A DNA stretch of 64,000 bases, taken from IMG/VR virus record IMGVR_UViG_3300001528_000534, positions 75,692-139,691 of that record, one strand, 5' to 3'. The DNA is from a virus (taxonomy: Duplodnaviria > Caudoviricetes). This document shows, one piece after another, positions 13,104 through 26,375 of this stretch (position 1 is its first letter; each line of letters starts with the position of its first letter). The notes below the pieces were generated by a model. That model saw only the letters and a program-made list of their open reading frames with translations, was not told where the DNA came from and did not search any database. Position numbers and translations under genes: made by a program.

Positions 13104-13132
13104 ATTATATCATATTTTTTTAAAAAAGTCAA
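13104..13132 (-). promoter_or_regulatory. SigA-type promoter TTGACT-N17-TATAAT with extended -10 TG; similar copies precede most - strand operons
   Basis: Consensus match. Confidence 0.8.
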
Positions 13133-13258
13133 AAAAAAATTAGGATTTTACATTTTTTATGTAAAATCCTAATTAACAAATTTTGATTCTAAAAAAATCA
13201 AAAGGCTATCTTAAATTTAAGATACGATAGTCTACGTTCCGCCAGCTATAAACATTTA

Positions 13259-14861
13259 TTAATGAGACCCCGTACTTCCAAAACCGCCATCTCCGCGAGC
13301 AGTATCTTCAAGTTCATCAACCTCTTGCCATGTATCTGTCACATAAGGAATGAAAATAAGTTGTGCAATACGCTCATTAGGTTCTATTATCTGACGGACA
13401 TTTGAATCATTGTGTAGAGGAACGATATATTCTCCCGTATAGTCTGTATCGCAAACCAATTTGTTATCGTAAAAGTTTTTTATCTTCTACCTCTTATGAT
13501 TTCTCATAAGCTCAGCATATCTTTTCACTATATAAGTGCTGCGGCCTCGTGGGAGAATTATTCTTTCGTCATCTCCTATGCGTTGCCCCTGACTAAACCT
13601 ATTTACATTTTAGCCTTCGGTTCGGATTAGCTTATTTTTCAACTTAGCCTTCCCGCTTAATTCCGCAGTTTAACGTCGGCGTTTTTATTTTTCTATAAAT
13701 TCACTTGTTTCAAGCAATAAATCTTTAATATTTAATTCTTTATATCTAGTATAAGGTATTCGTATAAGAGGAATATTATTTTCTTTGCACCATTTAGATT
13801 TTATTAAATCATGTTTATGAGTATATTCATAATCAAAAATACTATCTATGTTAAAATGCTATTCTCCATCATATTCAATTAAATATCTATTATCTATATA
13901 AAAATCAAAAGGCAAACTTCTTTTATCTTTACAAGAATTAAAAATTTTTTCTGTTTCATATTTAATATTATTTTGTTTTAATATTTGTGCAATTTTTTCA
14001 TTACCTTTAGATATGTTAGAATGATTTCCGCAGCTTAAACTCTTTTCTTCTCTTAAAGATTGCCCTAAGACATCTTTTTCATTACCACATTCACATCGGC
14101 AACGCCAATATATGCTTCCATTTAAAGCTTTTTTATTAGATTTTCCTAAAACTACCCATTTTCCAAAAATCTGTCCTGTTAAATCTATCTCAGTGGTATT
14201 TTTATATTTTCGTTCTTTTCCTTTTAAGCCTGCATCATACCATGTTTTTGTAATCATTCCTCTTGATACGTTATATTCTTTTGCTAACTCACTTGAAGTT
14301 TTTGAATTATAGTCTTTTATTATTTTTTCTTTATCTTTGGAAGATAATTTATAATTCCTATTTATTTGATTTATATTAAAATTAATTTTTTTAGCATGGT
14401 TTAAAACTGAGCCTTTATCACAATTATATAGCTCTCCCATTTTTCTTGAACTTTTAAATTTTAAATAATTAGCAATAAATTCATCATCGCTACCCCAGTT
14501 TATTCTTTTTCCCATATTCTATTCTCCTTTTTAATTTTTATCAATATTATATGAAAAAAGATTTCACCGGATTAATCAAAGAATACCAAAGATAAAATTT
14601 TTATTAGTTTTCACCGACACAATTCGCAGGTCTAAGTCCTTTCTTTGTAGCAAGTCCGCTACGAGCGAAAATAGCTCCAAAAGTATTAATATCTGCAATT
14701 TTAGGAGGAGTAATTGCAACACCTGTTCCAATTTTGACAGTTGTATGAGGCTGAATAGGAATAGGCTCATCAATACAAGCATATAAATCATAACCTGCCG
14801 CGTATTTACTTCCCTGTGTAGGAATTGTTGCATTTGGCTTAATTTTCTTGAATTTAATCAT
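13259..14861 (-). CDS. dut: Trimeric dUTPase; exons 14861-14613 and 13456-13259
   Basis: AGYDL and ARSG motifs; splicing restores CVG-VCDTDYTGE; RGDGGFGSTG. Confidence 0.92.
13685..14515 (-). CDS. Intron-encoded Vsr/DUF559-like PD-(D/E)xK homing endonuclease
   Basis: HTH repeats, WRCRCECG, LPFDFY...IEYDGE-Q(TAG)-H...NIPLIRIPY. Confidence 0.8.
14546..14587 (-). promoter_or_regulatory. Intron-internal promoter motif GGTA-N8-TTAA-N18-CATATAAT
   Basis: Motif copy upstream of the endonuclease ORF. Confidence 0.55.
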
Positions 14862-14865
14862 ATTT

Positions 14866-15111
14866 TTATTCTCCTCTTGTATATTCAGTGCTTACATTAA
14901 AAATAGGCTCTTTTTCGTCATTAAAAGATTTTACTACTTCAAAGCGAATCCATTCATCAACAACTTCGCCCTTTTCTTTCTTTTCTTTCTTTTGACTACT
15001 GTATTTAACAATTTCAAAATTTCCATCAGCTTTTAGCTCTTCAAGAAAATTTTTAACTTCTTCTTCATTCGCCAATCTATAAACTTCTACTGTTTTAATT
15101 AAATATTTCAT
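14866..15111 (-). CDS. Hypothetical protein
   Basis: ORF with AAGGAG RBS. Confidence 0.7.
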   Translation of the reverse strand: MKYLIKTVEVYRLANEEEVKNFLEELKADGNFEIVKYSSQKKEKKEKGEVVDEWIRFEVVKSFNDEKEPIFNVSTEYTRGE

Positions 15112-15125
15112 ATTAATATGACTCC

Positions 15126-15389
15126 TTAATTTATATTAATAATTAAATTTTTATTTCCATAATTTTTAGTATACTCTGTTAAAGTATCTTTTTTTATTTT
15201 TTCTAGAAAATTAGTAGAACCAAATAAATTTACACAGTTACAATTCTCTTGCTCTACAAGAGTAGAAATTGAACGCGGCAAATCTTCTAAATTGCAAGCG
15301 TATTCTTTTATACATAGTCCATTAGAATAAACTTTAATTTTCTAAAAACTATCGAACATAGAAATATTTACAATAATTTTATTATCCAT
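15126..15389 (-). CDS. Hypothetical protein (1 TAG)
   Basis: GGAGG RBS; ATG to TAA, 87 aa. Confidence 0.65.
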
Positions 15390-15400
15390 ATTTTTCCTCC

Positions 15401-15772
15401 TTAGCATTCAATAACTGCTTGAGAATAAGGAAATAAGTAATAAACATGGGGCAAATCTTCCATAAAAGGCTTCAACCAAATTTCATAAGCCCCATTTTTT
15501 TGTTTATCTATTGCGTAAATAACTCCTCTTTCTTTTAGAGTTTCAATAACTTCATAACTTGCCTTTTGTCTTGAATTAAAAGAACCTTTAAGAACATATA
15601 CAGTATAATCGCTTAATTCTTTACATAAAAGCATATAATATTTTTCTTTTCTTTCAAAATAATTAATCAAATCAGCTCTTTTTAAATCTATCTCTCTATT
15701 AGATAAAGGATTTTCTTTATTCACTAACTATTGATTAATTTCATACATATTTCCAATAGGTATATTATTCAT
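15401..15772 (-). CDS. Hypothetical conserved phage protein
   Basis: Track ORF extended 5' through TAG to an ATG with AAGGAG RBS. Confidence 0.7.
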
Positions 15773-16253
15773 GTTTTTCTCCTTTACGCATATAAGATAT
15801 TGTCTAATTTGAAGACCCTCTTAAATCAAGAGTTATATCTCTTAATGAATCTATATAAGGACCGTCAATTAAAACATCAACTTTATTAGCTACATTCTAT
15901 TGAAGTAAATTAAAATGTTGTTTTTCATATCCTGTCCACAAATAAATTGTAATATCTGGAAACATAATCCTTACATTGTCTATTAAGTATTCTACCAAAA
16001 AAATATTTTCATAACAGAGAGGTTCTCCGCCCAAAATACTAAAATTTCGTTTTATACCGTTTTTATCTATTGCAACAAGAATTTTCTTTAGAATATCTTC
16101 GGCGGTATCTCTTTTACCACCCATAAAAGACCAAGTTTCTGGATTATGGCAATTAAAACAATGATGTGGACACCCCTATGTCCAAAAAGATACGCATATT
16201 CCTTTTCCATTTGTTGTATCATTTTCTTTAATATCTGCATAAGCAACGAACAT
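15765..16253 (-). CDS. nrdG: Anaerobic ribonucleotide reductase activase
   Basis: FWT-Q-GCPHHCFNCHN, LGGEP, DGPY, LRGSSN-Q. Confidence 0.92.
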
Positions 16254-16288
16254 ATTTGTTGAAACCTCCAACATAAATTATAAATTCC

Positions 16289-19200
16289 TTAATCTAAATG
16301 AACAACTCTCATTTTTATTTCTTGAGTTCGCCCATAATTCCAAAAATGCGCTCCGATATATCCGCAAGTTCTTCTTGCAACGTTCATTTTTGACTAATCT
16401 CTATTGCCACAATTAGGACAATACCATTGCATATTATTATCAATCAATATTTCTCCGTCATAGCCACAATTATGACAATAATCAGATTTTGTATTTAATT
16501 CAGCATATGCAATATTATTATAAATAAACTAAATAATAGATAGAACAGCGGGAATGTTATTTTGTAAATTTGGAGTCTCTATATAACTTATTGCGCCACC
16601 CGCACTATGTTTTTGAAATTCAGCTTCAATAGATAATTTAGAAAAAGCGTCTATTTTTTCAAAAACTGGAAGATGATAACTATTGGTGATGAAATTTCTA
16701 TCTTGACCATCAAGTTTAATAAAGATATCTTCTCCAAATCTTTTCTTTAAAGTCTTAGCGAATTTATAAGTTGTGGATTCTATCCTTCACTTTTTGTTTT
16801 TGGACTATCTTTTCACCCTTTTTCTCAAAGGGGTTCGCTCTTTCGCTTTTGCTACTCTACTAGGCTTGTCACCGTTCGATAGTCTCTACACATTTATATT
16901 ATTATTTTTAATATTGTTCATCTTGGTATCTAAAATACCAATCTTTTCTAACAGGTCTTTTATATTTTGCTTGTCTACCAATGGTTGAGGCAGGACACCC
17001 TGTTAATCTTGCAGCTTCTTTTATCGAACCATATCTTCCCAATTCTTTATTTGTTTTTGTTTCATACATTACAACAGGTTTAGATTGACTATCATTATAT
17101 CCTTTATCATTTATTAATAATCCATCATTAATTGCTTTTTGCGTATTTTCAGAATAAGTAGTCCAATATAAATTATCGACTCTGCAATCAGTTTTTATAT
17201 TATTTTTATGACCTACAATAGGAAGATTTTTAGGATTTGGGATAAAAGTTTCTGCTATAACAATATGCTATCTTCTTTTTTTCTTAATATATTTACCATT
17301 TTTATCAATATATTTTAATGTACAGTATTTATAGCCCTGTACTAAAGAGGATGCGCACTCAAAATATTCTCCATAATGTTTTACAGGAGTAAGTATATCT
17401 TTATACCATCTATTTGGGACTTTTCGAGTTTCTTGTCCATAGATTTTTCCATCTGGAGTACACCAATTTAAAGTATTCTTGATTACTTTTGCATTTGTAG
17501 GCAACTCTTTAAAATAGTTCATCTTTTGTCTCCTTTCTTTTTTAATAATTAAAAATAATAATAATTTAGCTCGGGATTTCTTTCGATTCCCCGAATTAAG
17601 CGATTTTTTCATTATCTATCACTAGATAAGCTCCCATAGAATCTAACTTTTTAAATTTCAGGAGACCCATATACGCTATAATCAATATCTTCTTCTTGCT
17701 TCCACTATTCACACTTTTTTTCAAGAGCTTCCATAATTTTTAATCCAAAATTTCTGCTTCTTCCTTCAACTGCATGAGATTTTCCAGTCATATATTTTAC
17801 ACATTCATATAAACCAGCGTATCCCAAGCTAGCAGTAGCATAACCATGGTGAAGAAGCTCTCTTATGCTTTCATGTTTATCTAATCTTGCAAAAGCTCCA
17901 TGTTGCCACAAAATAGGTGCGACATCAGAAGTTATTTTTTCAAGTCTTTTAATACGAGCTTGTAATCCTCTATGACAAAGTTCAGTTCTTTCTTCAAAAA
18001 GCTTCCAAAATAATTCTTCATTCTTATGAGAAGAAAAAGCTATATCAGGTAAATTTAATGTCGTTACGCCAACATTAAATCTTCCATAATATTTTCCTTT
18101 ATCTGAATCATAATTCTTAGCTCTTGAGATATTTTCTTTAACTCTATCAGCACTAAGAAAACTTCTACAACCCATACAAGGAAAACAGTCTCCATTTTTC
18201 ATTTCTTTTAATTTTTTTTCTGAAATGTAGTCTGGAACCATACGCTTTGCAGTGCATTTTGCGGCAAGCTCTGTTATTTTCCAATAAGGAGAATTTTTAT
18301 GAATATTATCCTCTTCTAAAACATAAAGAAGTTTAGGAAAAGCTTGTGTTACATATACTCCTTTTTCATTTTTCATGCCTTGCATTCTTTGTTTTAAAAA
18401 TTCTTCTATTAAAAGAGCTAAATCCTCTTTATATCTTTTTGTTTCTCCTAAATACATACATACAGAGAGGAATGGTGCTTGCCCATTCGTAGTGCTCATA
18501 GAATTAATTTGATAATTAAAAGTCTAAACGGCATCAGAGATTTCTTTTTGTAAATCCTCTTCTGCGAAATTTTTAGATTGCTCTTCACTAAAGCCTCTTT
18601 CAATATATTTTTCATAATACTTTTTTCTGCTATCTTCTACAAAAGGTGCTAAATGAGTTAAAGAAATAGTACAGCCGCCATACTGAGAACTAGCTACCGC
18701 CGTAATAATCTATGTTGCTATTGTTACAGCAGTTAATAGACGATGAGGCTTTTCAATCATTACTCCATTGATATTAGTACCATTTTGGAGCATATCTTCT
18801 AAATTAATTAAACTACAATTTGTTAAAGCATTTTGTGCCATATAATCTATATCATGCTAATGAATTATACCTTTATCATGAGCTTCACAAATATCCGCGT
18901 CTAACAACTTTCTACGACTATAATCTGTACTAGCAATACCTGCGAGATAGTCTCTTTGTACTGTCACAACAGTAGCATTCTTATTGGAATTTTCTGTCTT
19001 CCAATATTCATTATCTCCTTTTAGAAAATCCGTAATAGTTTTATCGGTTATATTGCCTCTTGCTTGATTTCTCTCTTCTCTATAAAGAATATAAGCCTTA
19101 GCAACATCTTTCCTCTTAGTTGACATTAATCCTTTTTCGACTAAATCCTGAATATCTTCAACACTTAATTTTTTTTCTGTTGCAATATCTTCAATATAAT

Positions 19201-19336
19201 TTGAAATATTCTCAGCCTTTTTTTCGGCATATTCAGAAATCTCTCCGTCAACTTGTTTAAATGCGGCAAGTATGGCTCTTTCAATTTTCTTTTTATTAAA
19301 CTAGACTTTTCTGCCATCTCTTTTAATAATTTCCAT
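16289..19336 (-). CDS. nrdD: Anaerobic ribonucleoside-triphosphate reductase; exons 19336-17660 and 16783-16289
   Basis: N-terminal ATP cone (IIKRDG), GQAPF, MGCRS, YGSP-IESTTYKFAK after splicing, RRTCGY; several TAG. Confidence 0.92.
16784..17659 (-). mobile_element. Group I intron in nrdD
   Basis: U/G boundaries restore the motif; core GTAGAGACTATCG...AGATAGTCC. Confidence 0.85.
16908..17522 (-). CDS. Intron-encoded HNH homing endonuclease with NUMOD-like C-terminus
   Basis: RR-Q(TAG)-HIVIAETFIPNP...GHKNNIKTDCRVDNLYW. Confidence 0.82.
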
Positions 19337-19388
19337 ATTTCTGGACCTCCTAATTATTTAATCATTTTAAGGAAAATATTTTCCACTT

Positions 19389-19430
19389 AAAATATGAAAA
19401 ATTATAATTTTAAGTTATTTTACTTCGACC
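19389..19430 (-). promoter_or_regulatory. Promoter motif GGTC-N8-ATAA-N18-CATATTTT upstream of nrdD
   Basis: Exact-spacing copy. Confidence 0.65.
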
Positions 19431-19998
19431 AATGCTTATTAGCAAAATCAACGATTGCCTCCCCAAGAAAATAAGTAAATTTTTTCTTATTATTTTTAAA
19501 AGTAATTAAAGTAAATTCATCATTAATATCTGAAAAATCTTTTTTATCTTGTAAAAATCGCCTACAAATTTCAGAACAATCGGGCGTATCTTCTCTGTTA
19601 AGCGCTCTCAATAGACGTTGTTTATCTGAAACTTCAATATAGAAAGGAATAATATCTAATTCTGGATTTCCTAAAAGATTTTCATATGCTTCAGGACAAA
19701 AAACTCCAATATTAATTTTTTCAGGAGATAAAGACATTTGTATTGTTCCATAGTACCAACCATTAAAACAAGAAGCTTCCATTATCTCTCCATTTAAAAT
19801 TGCTTTAGTGAAATCTTCTTCTGTCATAAAGAAATAATCAACGCCATCTTTTTCTCTCTCTCTCATCGGGCGGGTAGTAGCAGGAATAATATTATTATAA
19901 TTTGTATTTTTTAAAATGGATTTTTTAATAGTATCTTTCCCGCTGCCACTTGGACCAATTAAAGCTATTATTTTATACTTCTTCTGAATATCGTTCAT
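19420..19998 (-). CDS. gmk: Guanylate kinase-like protein
   Basis: GPSGSGKDT, TTRPMRERE.DGVDYFF, YYG. Confidence 0.85.
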   Translation of the reverse strand: MNDIQKKYKIIALIGPSGSGKDTIKKSILKNTNYNNIIPATTRPMREREKDGVDYFFMTEEDFTKAILNGEIMEASCFNGWYYGTIQMSLSPEKINIGVFCPEAYENLLGNPELDIIPFYIEVSDKQRLLRALNREDTPDCSEICRRFLQDKKDFSDINDEFTLITFKNNKKKFTYFLGEAIVDFANKHWSK

Positions 19999-22900
19999 GT
20001 TCAAGCTCCATTTCTGTACCATTATTATAAATTTTGGTAATTTTATATAATTGGTGGGTTGGCGTATGCTTATAAGATTTACATACAAAAGTATCCTCTC
20101 TGCGGAAACCAGTACACATTACTAAAGTTCCTCTTTTAAACCAACCTTTTTCCATAACTTTTTTCGTTCCGTCTTCTTGCTTTTCTGATATTTGTCTAGC
20201 ATACATAGCATAATATTCTTTTGTGAATTTTACATTTACAACTCCTGTTGTGGTTAATATAGAAATAGTTGAACGGTTATCATCTTTACTAATAACTGTA
20301 CCAACAATTTTATAAGTTTTATAAATAGGAATTATAGAATTTCCTCTCTTAAAACTTTTTTCTATGATAGGGGTCTCAGGTAAAGTATTAAAGTCTGAAA
20401 GTCCATATTTAACAGTATTAATATTCTGTAACTCATGAGAGTGATGATAAAAACACAACACTTCCATTTCCCATGCAGAAATTGAACCTTGAGCATATTT
20501 ATTCCAAGCATCTTTAAAGAGAGCAAAATTATAATCTTTCAATACTTGCTCTTGATTTTGATTTAACCATTCTCTTGCTAAATCCATTTCATGAGAATAA
20601 ATTTTATCCCAAGTTGTTTGTAAAATACAATAAATACCATTAATATATGAAATATTATTTATGTCATATTTATTTCTATAAAAAGTTAAACTTAGGTTAT
20701 CAAAAAGATAATACTTTCCTCTCTTAAATTTCTTTAAATATTTATTAAAATTATAAACTTTAATAATAGGAAATAAAGATTGAGGAATAATACCACTTTG
20801 AATTAATCCATTAAAATTTTGCAAAGTAATTTTCTTTTTAGCGTCACAATTTAAACTAAGATAATAAACCATTGCTAAAATACGAGGCTCAATTTTTATT
20901 TTTTCTGCCCAACTTTGCATTAATTTATCGAATGCCCCAGCTTTAATTAAAGGAATCATGGTGCTTTTATTTAAAGGACATCTTGTTAAAAAATCTTTCA
21001 TAGAAAAATAAGGTCTGCCCGCAATAATTTTTTCCGCGGTTTCTTGATTCATTCTTGTTAAAGCTTTCATTCCAAAAAGAATTTCATTATCTTCAAGATT
21101 AGGCTTGAAAGTTAAGTCTGATTTGTTAATATCTACTAAAGATACTTTAATATTATTAGATGCCATTTTGCAAAGAGCTTTCGCATTTTTGGCATAATCA
21201 GTTTGCTTTTCTTTTCCTTCTCCGTCATCTTCTACCATACCACTATTGACGATAAGGCAAGCGGTATTCCAATAAAGAGGATTCCAATGTGTTGGAAGAT
21301 AAGCTGATTGATAACCTATATAAGAATAAGACATTGAATGAATATCGCTAAAAGCATATCCCAATTGTGTCGCTACTACAACGTCCCATACATATTGAGC
21401 AACATTTTGGTCTATTGCTTTAGAAAAAATCTGTTCCTTTAAAACAGGAATTTGATTCATTTTTTTCTTACTTACAATGCGGCGAGCAGTATTTGCTTCT
21501 TTTAAACTAAAATTACAAATATTTTTATCCATTAGAACTCTCATGAGCTGTTCTTGAGATATTCCAATGCCGCTTGTTTCAGTTAAATATTTTCTTATTG
21601 TCTGTTGCTCTTCTTTTGTCAATTTATAAAAGTCCATTTCTTTTTGCCATTCTTTAGGATTATTTTTAAATCTTACATACTTCTCAAGAGGAGTTTCCGC
21701 ACCTTTCTCTTGTGTCATAAGACGAATAACGCCATTAGTAGCAGATAATTCATACATATTACAAGGCTTTACTTTTTTTGCTCCTTGTCTTCCAATAGGA
21801 GAATCAAGTTGGAATAAATCTAAGCTATCTGCATTTTGAATAGTTTTCCATGTATTTTTATCTTCTAAAGACATCTCTGTTAAAAGATATTTATTATAAG
21901 CTTCTCTTAAACTTAATGAAGCATCTATTTCATTATATTGCTGTAAAAATTTAATAGTTTCTACAATTTTGTCTTGAATTTCAGTTACTAATAAATCAAA
22001 TTTTGTAGAACCTGCCCATTCTGCATCATGTAAATCATACTGTGTAGTAACTTCTCCGGAAGGAGATTTCATGAAACAATTAAATTCATAAGGGTCACTA
22101 TCCAAAAAAAGCACTCCTGATGCATGGCGTCCTCTTCTTGAAATCAAACCTTCAATACCACACATAATATCATATAGTCCGGGATATGAATCTACTGTCT
22201 GTTTAAAAGGAATAACTGGCTTTCTACCTTTCTCTGGGTTTCCATAATATACATCATGTAAACTCCACACGAATCCTCTTTCAGAAGGAACTAAAGAAGA
22301 GATATACTGTGCTATATCAACATCGATACCTTCAGGACAAGTTTCAGAGCGATATCCTCTACAACTTGTTAAAATTGCACTCTTAGTAGTTTCTGTTCCA
22401 TATGTGCAAACATATACAGCTCCGAGATTTTCTTTTGAGATTTCATCAATTTCAGGTAAAAATCTTTGACCTCTTTCATGCTTAATTTCTTTTAATATTT
22501 TTGCTATTTTTGTAGAACATACATCTATATCTATATCTCCTAACTCTTCTGTATCTCTATTCATGTAACGGAAGAAAGGAAAATTCCACTCGAGAGGGTC
22601 TAATTGAGTAATCGTTTTTCCACCATTATTTCTAATGGGACTGACTATCTCTTACTTCCAAAAAGGAAGAATACCATTTCAAGTTACGTGTCAATAGTAA
22701 CTTTACTTCACTTAGCGTGAATAGTCGATACACATTTTAATTAAATATTTTATATATTTTTCCAAGTCCGATATCTTATGATATCGGATATAGTTGTTCT
22801 CGATACTTGAGGATACAGCATCGAAATTTCTTTAACACTTTTCTTTTCTTGTTCTCTTAGTTTTCTGATTGTAAGAATATCGTTTTTTGTTAACTTTGCA

Positions 22901-25061
22901 TTTGGGTTCTTTTCATTTCCCCGCTGTAAAGAATATCTTTTCTTTTTTATTTCTTCTGAAAAGACTTCTGGCATAATTAATTTAAAACTTTGACCTCTGA
23001 AGATATCGAAAAAAGTATTTTTTGAACACTTTTCTTTGTACAAAGGATATAGTTCTTTCCAATCTTTTAATTCAGCATACGCGACTCTTATATTTACAAT
23101 GTCTTCATATGTAAATTTTGTTTTTATAAACTAACAAGAAAAAGCTAAGTTATCAAAGTACATATCAACAGTTGGACAAATTTCTTTTCTCACTTCATCT
23201 CTATATATTTGTAAGAAATATCCATGACTCATTTTATCACAAAATAAATCATATAAGAGATATTCAGGAATATTCCGATGAGTTTTTATATAAAAAACGT
23301 CTTCGTCTGATATAACAAGACCACGCCCGCCATATAGTCCACCTTTTGCAATATTGTATCCATTTGGTACGAGAGAATTTTCTTTTTCTATCAAATTTAT
23401 CTCCATTTTTTCTGCTTCTTCAACAGATAATTCGTCTGCAATAATTTGATATTCAAAATTTTCTTCTCCGTATTTTTGAATAGCTTGATGGATTAAACTT
23501 GATGTTTTCTATCTTTTATGCTAAGCCATTCTTTTTTCAAAATTAGTTGTAATTCCAATATATTTCTTATGATTAATTTTATTAATAATCATATAACAAT
23601 ACATACTCTTTTAACCTCCTTTCTTTCAGAATATCCTCATAAAATATTTAATTATTTAGCTCGGGATTAACTTGCCTAATTTGTTAGGTTTAGCCTTCCC
23701 CGACAGCCTTATAAGTATTTTTTACTTACTCTTATTAAACAAGATGCTTATAAGACCTCATTGACGAAATGATTAGGTATTAACGGGCATTAACAACACA
23801 GTCTACCCAATAAATAATGATTGAGAGCGGAACAAGCAGAACCTCTACCTACACCAACAGTGCTTCCGCATTCCCAAATTAAATTAATATAGTGAGCAAG
23901 AGTTATAGGATAACTAAACATATTAGTATTTAATTTTTTACCTATAATATATTTTACATTCGCTTCTTCTTCTAACTCATCAAGATATTTTTTATTATAC
24001 TTCCCAAGTTCATTTAATTTATTTATACACTCATTTACCCAATATCTATCAATTTTATCAGGAGAATGATACATAGAAGATAAAGTAGGATATCCTTCGA
24101 TATCATTATCTATAATAGGATAATCTTTTAGTTCAATAGTAGGTATTTGCTGAGAATGATGAAGAGAATAATTTTCAACTTTATTATATATCTCCATAGT
24201 ATTCTGAAACATTTCTTCAACAAACATTTCATCATAATCAGAAAGTTTAAATTTTTCTATCATCTCTTCATTAGAATGTAAATAAGTATCCTGATAAAAA
24301 GCATCTACTTCTCTTTCCTTCTCTTCACTATTAAGAAAAGCTTTATGTATATATCTATCTTCTTTTTTTAAATAATGAGCATCAGAAGTAGGAATCATTT
24401 TTAAATCAAAACAATGAGCAATAGAAACTAATCTTCTATTAACAGTAATCTGGTCTTTACTTATGCCGGGCTGAACTTCAATATAAAAATCATCTTTAAA
24501 AATATCTTTGCACCAAAGAATAAACTTAACGATACCATCATGTTCTCTTTGCGCAGACTCTACGTCGCCCAATTTTTCAGCTGCTGTTAGATTTAAAATT
24601 CTATTTCCTAATTCTGAACCTAAGCATGCTGTACTTCCAATAATATGTCCGGGGTCTCTTTTAAGAATATCTTCGAGGTCTGATTTTAAAGTATCCACTC
24701 TTTCCATACCTCTGGAAGTATATACATTAAGCCAAGCTTTTGAAGAAAGTATTCGAAGCTGTTTATGACCTATTTTATCTTTCGCTGTTAATAAGAAATG
24801 CCAATGCTTATCTGAACCTCTTTCATCTATAAGATAAATTTCATTTCCTAACATAACTTTAAAAAGAGGATTTTTGTCTTTTATTTTTTCTGCATATTTA
24901 TTAGCTCTGATATGCATTCCAAGAAATTCATGGTCACTAATAGAAACTCCTGCAAGTCCTATTTCAATAGCTCTATCTATAAGCTGTTCAGGAGTAGGTA
25001 GAGCATCTCTTAATCTCATATTTGAACCTCTTGTGTGACAATGAATATCACATCTCTGCAT
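19973..25061 (-). CDS. dnaE: DNA polymerase III alpha subunit; exons 25061-23805 and 22612-19973
   Basis: PHP domain HCH...SDH; GRGSA...YLLG-ITQLDP after splicing; DIDID; HASGV; KFDLL. Confidence 0.92.
22613..23804 (-). mobile_element. Group I intron in dnaE
   Basis: U/G boundaries; core GTATCGACTATT...GAGATAGTCAG. Confidence 0.87.
22750..23604 (-). CDS. Intron-encoded GIY-YIG homing endonuclease
   Basis: MYCYMIINKINHKKYIGIT; track fragments 23131 and 22750 joined through TAGs. Confidence 0.82.
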
Positions 25062-25126
25062 TTTTATACCTCTTTTCTTCTCTTATTTATATTAATATTA
25101 TATCATATTTTTATAATAAAATCAAA

Positions 25127-26307
25127 TCAATTGCGGATAAGTACAAGTTTATTACTTGCTCTTGTACAAGCTGTATAAAGCCAGCGGGCGTGTTCAGTTT
25201 TATCAAAAGGGAAAGATTCTTCTAATACTACAACTTTTTCCCATTCACTACCTTGTGCGGCATGAGTAGTAATAGCATAAGCATAAGTAAATTGCTTAGG
25301 AATATAATATTTATCTTTACTTCGCGCAACAGAATAATTTTCTTTATCTGAAAGAGAAGTTTCTTCTGTTTTAAAATAATTTTTATCCATAATTAAATGT
25401 TGAAATTTATCATCTTCATCGAAGGGCTGGAAGTCTGCGGATATTGCATCAATAGATTGTTGAATTTTTGTAAAGAAAATATTTTTTGATTTTATATTAG
25501 AAATTATACCTGTCGTTCCATTTACTAAAGCGCTATTAGGAAGAACATCTTCCCAATAATTTCTTTTACAGATAATCCTTTCTCCCTCTTGAGGTAATTC
25601 ACCCTCATATCCATAAAAAGTTCTCATTTGCTCATTAATAGTATGTCTCATACGATTAGTAGCAACCAAAATCTGGTCTGCCCAGTCTAACATGCCTAAA
25701 TTAACATTGGAGTAAGGTAGAACTTTAACTTCTTTTTCAAATTCAGATAAGTTAAAATCTATTCCTTCTCTAATTTTCATACTCAATCTAATTATTTCAG
25801 AATCTTGTGCTTGCCGCATAACTTCTGATAAGAAGATGTGCGGATTATCTAATAAATGATTTTCTTCATTTTTATTGATTTGAGGAAGTTGAAAAGGGTC
25901 TCCTAAAAAAATTACATAAATATTAGAATGCCGCAATAGTAAATCAATCATTGATTTTGGAACCATTGAAACTTCATCTACAATGATAATAGAATAGTCC
26001 AAAGCAATTTTAGGTATTCTTTTAAAACCACCAGTAGGAAGAGGATAGGAATCATAAAGCAATTTATGGAGGGTGCAAGCGTTAGGGTTTCCTTTCTTCC
26101 TTAGCACTTCCGCAGCTTTACCTGTGAAAGTAGCATAAGCTACATCTTCTTCATCAAAGCCTATTGCGTCAATAATAAATTTAATTAATGTACTTTTACC
26201 TACTCCAGCTTTTAGGCATAGCCAGAGATAGTCGTAAACTTTTCGTGATTACGATATCTGGCTATTGCAATCTTCAAGCCTTCTTCTTGTTTTATAGTTA
26301 ATTTCAT
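25127..26307 (-). CDS. RecD/Dda-like SF1B helicase with an 8-nt stop-containing interruption in Walker A (bypass or pseudogene)
   Basis: SGYA[TAAAAGCT]GVGKST, DEVSM, GDPFQL, RQ, YAITTHAAQGSE, YTACTRA. Confidence 0.8.
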
Positions 26308-26375
26308 TAGGCTTTACTCCTCCTTATATTTTTTATTTATAAATATATTATATCATATTTTTTTAAAAAAGTAAA

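Larger units (their letters stand above)
13457..14612 (-). mobile_element. Group I intron in dut
   Basis: U/G splice boundaries; core nearly identical to intron 9811-10599. Confidence 0.88.
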
